From contig OZ244065.1 of NCBI GenBank assembly GCA_965215505.1, forward strand, positions 5,632,001 to 5,696,000: a stretch of 64,000 nt of DNA. The letters are read 5' to 3'. Position numbers and translations under genes: made by a program. The notes under the pieces were generated by a model. The model made no database searches. It saw nothing but the letters and a program-made list of their open reading frames with translations, and had not been told where the DNA came from. The DNA comes from Capsulimonadaceae bacterium. Its GTDB lineage: Bacteria; Armatimonadota; Armatimonadia; Armatimonadales; Capsulimonadaceae. Positions 60,847-64,000 of the stretch are shown here, piece after piece (within the stretch, counting starts at the first letter, position 1; the number at the start of each line of letters is the position of its first letter).

Positions 60847-62190
60847 TTAGCTGGCCGGGGTCTGGTCTTGCGGCTGACCCTGCGGCTGGTCCTGAGCCGC
60901 AGGCTGCTCCGGCGCGACGGCCCCCGCTGCGGCGTCCGCAGCGGCCTCTGCCGTCAGGCCCTGGTTCTTGGCCTCAGCCTTTGCCGACTCGACGGCATCG
61001 TGGGCCGCCGTCTGCGCGACGGTCGTGACCTTCTGCGTCAGGTCCTGGGCGGCGGCCGTGACCTTGTCCGCAAGCTCGTCCCGCTTCTTGCCCAGCATCT
61101 TGTTCTCGTAGTCCGACTCGGGGACCGAGAAGCCCAGCCCCGCACCGAAGACGATCGCCATCGCGCCGATCGCCAGCGGATTCTCGTAGAGGGTCTTGCT
61201 GAACCAGCTCGCACTCCGCGAAGCCTGGTCCGATACCTGACCGGTCAGGTTGGTCGCGGCGACCTGGACGTGGCCCGCCACCGTCCCCACCTTCTCGGCG
61301 GCGTTGCCCGCCGCGTCCGTGATGCTGACCGGCGGCTGGGCGGCGGTGGCCTTGTTATTTCGCACCAGCCAGATCACGCTGGCGATCACGAAAATGGCCT
61401 GGAGCGGGTTGCGCTGGAACAGGAGCCACAGAGCAGACCCCGCGCTCTGCGCGCCGGACGCGCTCGCCGTGCCGATCTTGCTGGCGGCATTCCCGAGGAC
61501 GCCTTTGGCGGCGGGGACGGCGGCCTTTGCGGAGTCCACGGCGTTCCCAGCAGCAGCCTTCGCGACGGAAGCCTTATCTGCGACCTTGCCGGTCACATCC
61601 TGCGCTTTGTCGGCGATGGTCTGCGCGACGTCCTGTGCCTTGTCGGTTACAGTCTGCGCAACGTCCTGGGCCTTACCCGTCACGCCCTGGGCGACATCCT
61701 GGGCCTTGTCTGCCACGCCCTGGGCGATGTCCTGAGCCTTGCCCGCAATGTCCTGGGCAGTGTCCTTGGCCTTGTCGGCAGCGCCCTTCACGGCAACTTG
61801 AGTTGATTGAGCCACGTCCTGCACCACATCCTGGGCCTTGTCGCCCGCGTCTTGGGCCGCTCGGGCCACTCCCTGTGCCGCGTCAGCGGCTTTGTCCGTC
61901 ACCGCATCTTTGGCGGTGTCCAGCGTCGCGCCGACTGCCCCGATGTCGGGCACTGAGAGGGCAGGCGTCGGTTCTTCTTTGTTCTCATAAGAAGGCTCGA
62001 CATAGTCGTCAGTCAAACTCCTGCCGAGAGGGAGCGCGTCCACCGGGCCATCCACCAGGATGACCTCCCCGACCTCGATGGTGTCCTCGATGGGGTCAAA
62101 GACCTCGACCACCACGACCTCCGTCTGCTCGGTGATGGCCGGCACTTCGCTGACTGGCTCGTGATACTGCGGCCTGTTTTTTCTGCTCAT
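60847..62190 (-). CDS. LEA-like general stress protein with 11-residue repeats and two hydrophobic hairpins
   Basis: KAQDIAQGVAD / KAQDVAQGVTG / KAQDVAQTVTD / KAQDVAQTIAD; RNPLQ... and ENPLAIGAMA...P.SDYEN..LG. Confidence 0.8.
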   Translation of the reverse strand: MSRKNRPQYHEPVSEVPAITEQTEVVVVEVFDPIEDTIEVGEVILVDGPVDALPLGRSLTDDYVEPSYENKEEPTPALSVPDIGAVGATLDTAKDAVTDKAADAAQGVARAAQDAGDKAQDVVQDVAQSTQVAVKGAADKAKDTAQDIAGKAQDIAQGVADKAQDVAQGVTGKAQDVAQTVTDKAQDVAQTIADKAQDVTGKVADKASVAKAAAGNAVDSAKAAVPAAKGVLGNAASKIGTASASGAQSAGSALWLLFQRNPLQAIFVIASVIWLVRNNKATAAQPPVSITDAAGNAAEKVGTVAGHVQVAATNLTGQVSDQASRSASWFSKTLYENPLAIGAMAIVFGAGLGFSVPESDYENKMLGKKRDELADKVTAAAQDLTQKVTTVAQTAAHDAVESAKAEAKNQGLTAEAAADAAAGAVAPEQPAAQDQPQGQPQDQTPAS

Positions 62191-62213
62191 TTCTGTTCTC
62201 CAAGGAAATTATG

Positions 62214-62675
62214 TTAGGCCGAAGCGGCTTGACCGGAACTCTTCAGGAAGCGGGCAGCAACGAAGCCGACGAGTGTGGCAATGCCGACGAAGGCGGCTGG
62301 CTGGAGCCGTGCGAAATCCTCAGTGTCCCGGATCACCTCGTCGATGTCCTTCTGCTGTGCCGTCGTCCCGAAGTCGGTCAGCTTCTGGGCCGCCTGATCA
62401 ATGTAAGGACTGGCGAGCGACCCGAGGCCCTTGCCGCGCAGGTCGTCGCCGCTCTGCTTGACGATCTGGGCGACGTCTATGACGCCGGTCGCGAGGTGGT
62501 CCTTCTGCTGACTCAGGGCGGTTTTGACCCGCGTACTCAACAGATCCACCGCCTGGCCCGCGTACTGCTGACCCTGCTGGACGACCTGCTGTGTCTGCTG
62601 TTTGACCTGGTCCTTGACCTGCTCGGTAAAGGGCGCATCTGCGCCGACTGGAGTTGTCTCTGGGGTGTCTGCCAT
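62214..62675 (-). CDS. Helical stress-associated hypothetical protein with C-terminal membrane segment
   Basis: KDIDEVIRDTEDFARLQPAAFVGIATLVGFVAARFLKSS. Confidence 0.75.
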   Translation of the reverse strand: MADTPETTPVGADAPFTEQVKDQVKQQTQQVVQQGQQYAGQAVDLLSTRVKTALSQQKDHLATGVIDVAQIVKQSGDDLRGKGLGSLASPYIDQAAQKLTDFGTTAQQKDIDEVIRDTEDFARLQPAAFVGIATLVGFVAARFLKSSGQAASA

Positions 62676-62711
62676 TGCGAATAGTCTCCTGCGGGTTGCT
62701 GTTGACCGTTG

Positions 62712-62737
62712 ATACCCTTAGAAGTATGAGGTCAAAC
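62712..62737 (-). promoter_or_regulatory. SigB/SigF-type general stress promoter
   Basis: Minus strand GTTTGA-N14-GGGTAT, about 37 nt upstream of the ATG at 62675. Confidence 0.65.
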
Positions 62738-62804
62738 GGATAAGCCCGAATATCGGGAGGCTCGCCAGCATGGGAACCTGATGCCGACGATTTTTGTTAG
62801 ATGA

Positions 62805-62834
62805 GTTGACAGCGACACGCTCATATGCAATACT
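62805..62834 (+). promoter_or_regulatory. dnaJ promoter with HAIR-like operator
   Basis: TTGACA(62806)-N17-AATACT with TG extension; GTTGACA-N7-GCTCATA. Confidence 0.6.
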
Positions 62835-62874
62835 AGAGCCGTTGGGAAGTCACTTGCGAGGGGAAGCACAGACC

Positions 62875-64000
62875 ATGGCCGTTGACTACAAAGATTATTA
62901 CAAGATTTTGGGGTTGCCGAAAACGGCCACTGACAAGGAGATCAAGGCGGCTTACCGGAAACTCGCGCGCCAGTTCCACCCGGACGTGAACCCCGGCGAC
63001 AAGAGCGCGGAGGACAAGTTCAAAAACGTGGGTGAGGCCTACGAGGTGCTTTCCGACGCAGACAAGCGCGCGAAATATGACCAGTTCGGGGACGAATGGA
63101 AGTCGTACAGCCAGGGTGCCCCGACCGGGGCCGGGCCGGGGGGCTATCGCGGCGGCGTCCGGACCGAGTACGACTTCGGCGGCGCGGGCGGCGGCGCGGG
63201 CATTGACGATTTCCTGTCCTCATTGTTCGGCGGCGCGGCAGGCGGCGGGCAGGCGGGCGGGCCGGGGGCCGGCTTCGGCGGCTTCAGCAGCGGGCGGCCC
63301 GCCGCCCGGTCCGCGCGGCAGCCGTCGCTTCAGGAGGTCGAGCAGACGGCCGAGATCAGCCTGGAGGAAGCCTACAAAGGCACCAGCAAGAGCTTCACCG
63401 TCAGCATCCCCGAGACGTGCGGCCGGTGCGGCGGGGCCGGGGCGGTCTCGGCCGGCAAGGGGCGGCCCTGCCCGACGTGTGCCGGCAGCGGCAAGGTCAA
63501 GGGCGGGCGCAACATGTTCGGCAACAGCATCTGCCCGCAGTGCGGCGGGACGGGCGAAGCCACAAACGTCTGCCCGGACTGCCGCGGGGAGGGGACGGTC
63601 ACCAAGCCGCGCCGCATCTCCGACGTCAAAATCCCCGCCGGGGTGGCCGACGGCCAGCGCATCCGGCTGGCGGGGCAGGGGGCGGGCGGCGGCGACCTGT
63701 TCCTGAAGATCAAGGTCAGGCCGAACGCGCAGTATGAGCGCAGCGGCGACGACTTGAAGACGGATTTCGCCGTGCCGTACACTGTGGCCGCTCTTGGCGG
63801 GGAGGCGTCCGTCGAGACGTTCACCGGCCGCAAGACGCTGAACGTGCCGCCGGGCACGCAGAGCGGGCAGTCGTTCCGGCTGACGGGGCAGGGGATGCCC
63901 AGGCTCAAGGGGGGCGGAGCGGGCGACCTGTACGCGCGCGTAAAGATGACGGTCCCCAAGGACCTCTCGCCGCGCGAGCGGGATCTGCTGACGGAGCTTG
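62875..64000 (+). CDS. dnaJ: DnaJ chaperone, 3'-truncated by the window edge (not in the ORF track)
   Basis: Manual translation [13 protein letters not shown]...[16 protein letters not shown]-rich region; four CxxCxGx[14 protein letters not shown]. Confidence 0.93.
   Translation, partial: MAVDYKDYYKILGLPKTATDKEIKAAYRKLARQFHPDVNPGDKSAEDKFKNVGEAYEVLSDADKRAKYDQFGDEWKSYSQGAPTGAGPGGYRGGVRTEYDFGGAGGGAGIDDFLSSLFGGAAGGGQAGGPGAGFGGFSSGRPAARSARQPSLQEVEQTAEISLEEAYKGTSKSFTVSIPETCGRCGGAGAVSAGKGRPCPTCAGSGKVKGGRNMFGNSICPQCGGTGEATNVCPDCRGEGTVTKPRRISDVKIPAGVADGQRIRLAGQGAGGGDLFLKIKVRPNAQYERSGDDLKTDFAVPYTVAALGGEASVETFTGRKTLNVPPGTQSGQSFRLTGQGMPRLKGGGAGDLYARVKMTVPKDLSPRERDLLTEL

Noticed and set aside
61560-61900. 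33-bp periodic repeats resembling a CRISPR or tandem array
   Set aside because: They encode the 11-aa LEA-like repeats; there are no unique spacers or cas genes.

Overview
High-GC bacterial chromosomal segment, most likely Armatimonadota (inferred from the DUF1559/H-X9-DG prepilin-like gene, Firmicutes/Chloroflexi-like gene order and SigB- and HspR-type promoter signatures; not verified). The backbone is housekeeping: asd-dapA-rnj, mrp, rpmH-rnpA-yidD-yidC-jag, recG...coaD, yceD-rpmF-plsX-fabH-fabD-acpP-fabF, secA, pilT, photolyase, dgk-cdsA, cysH, dnaK-hsp20 and dnaJ. Interspersed are glycoside hydrolases (GH2, GH26, GH27, a large Tat-exported GH-A-like protein), four apparent type II toxin-antitoxin pairs plus two orphan antitoxin-like ORFs, a MITE, GTAG-type REP hairpins and a LEA-like gene. 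The main leads are: (1) an apparently leaderless, signal-peptide-bearing ORF upstream of secA ending in R-A-P-stop, a candidate SecM/RAPP-like arrest peptide; (2) a DUF3800 gene faced at its stop codon by a promoter driving a small GNRA-capped hairpin RNA; (3) diverged in-frame duplications of gene 3' ends at six loci, the longest (102 bp) bracketing a toxin-antitoxin cassette. No rRNA, tRNA, CRISPR array, integrase or transposase was seen. All calls come from reading motifs by eye; no database search was run.
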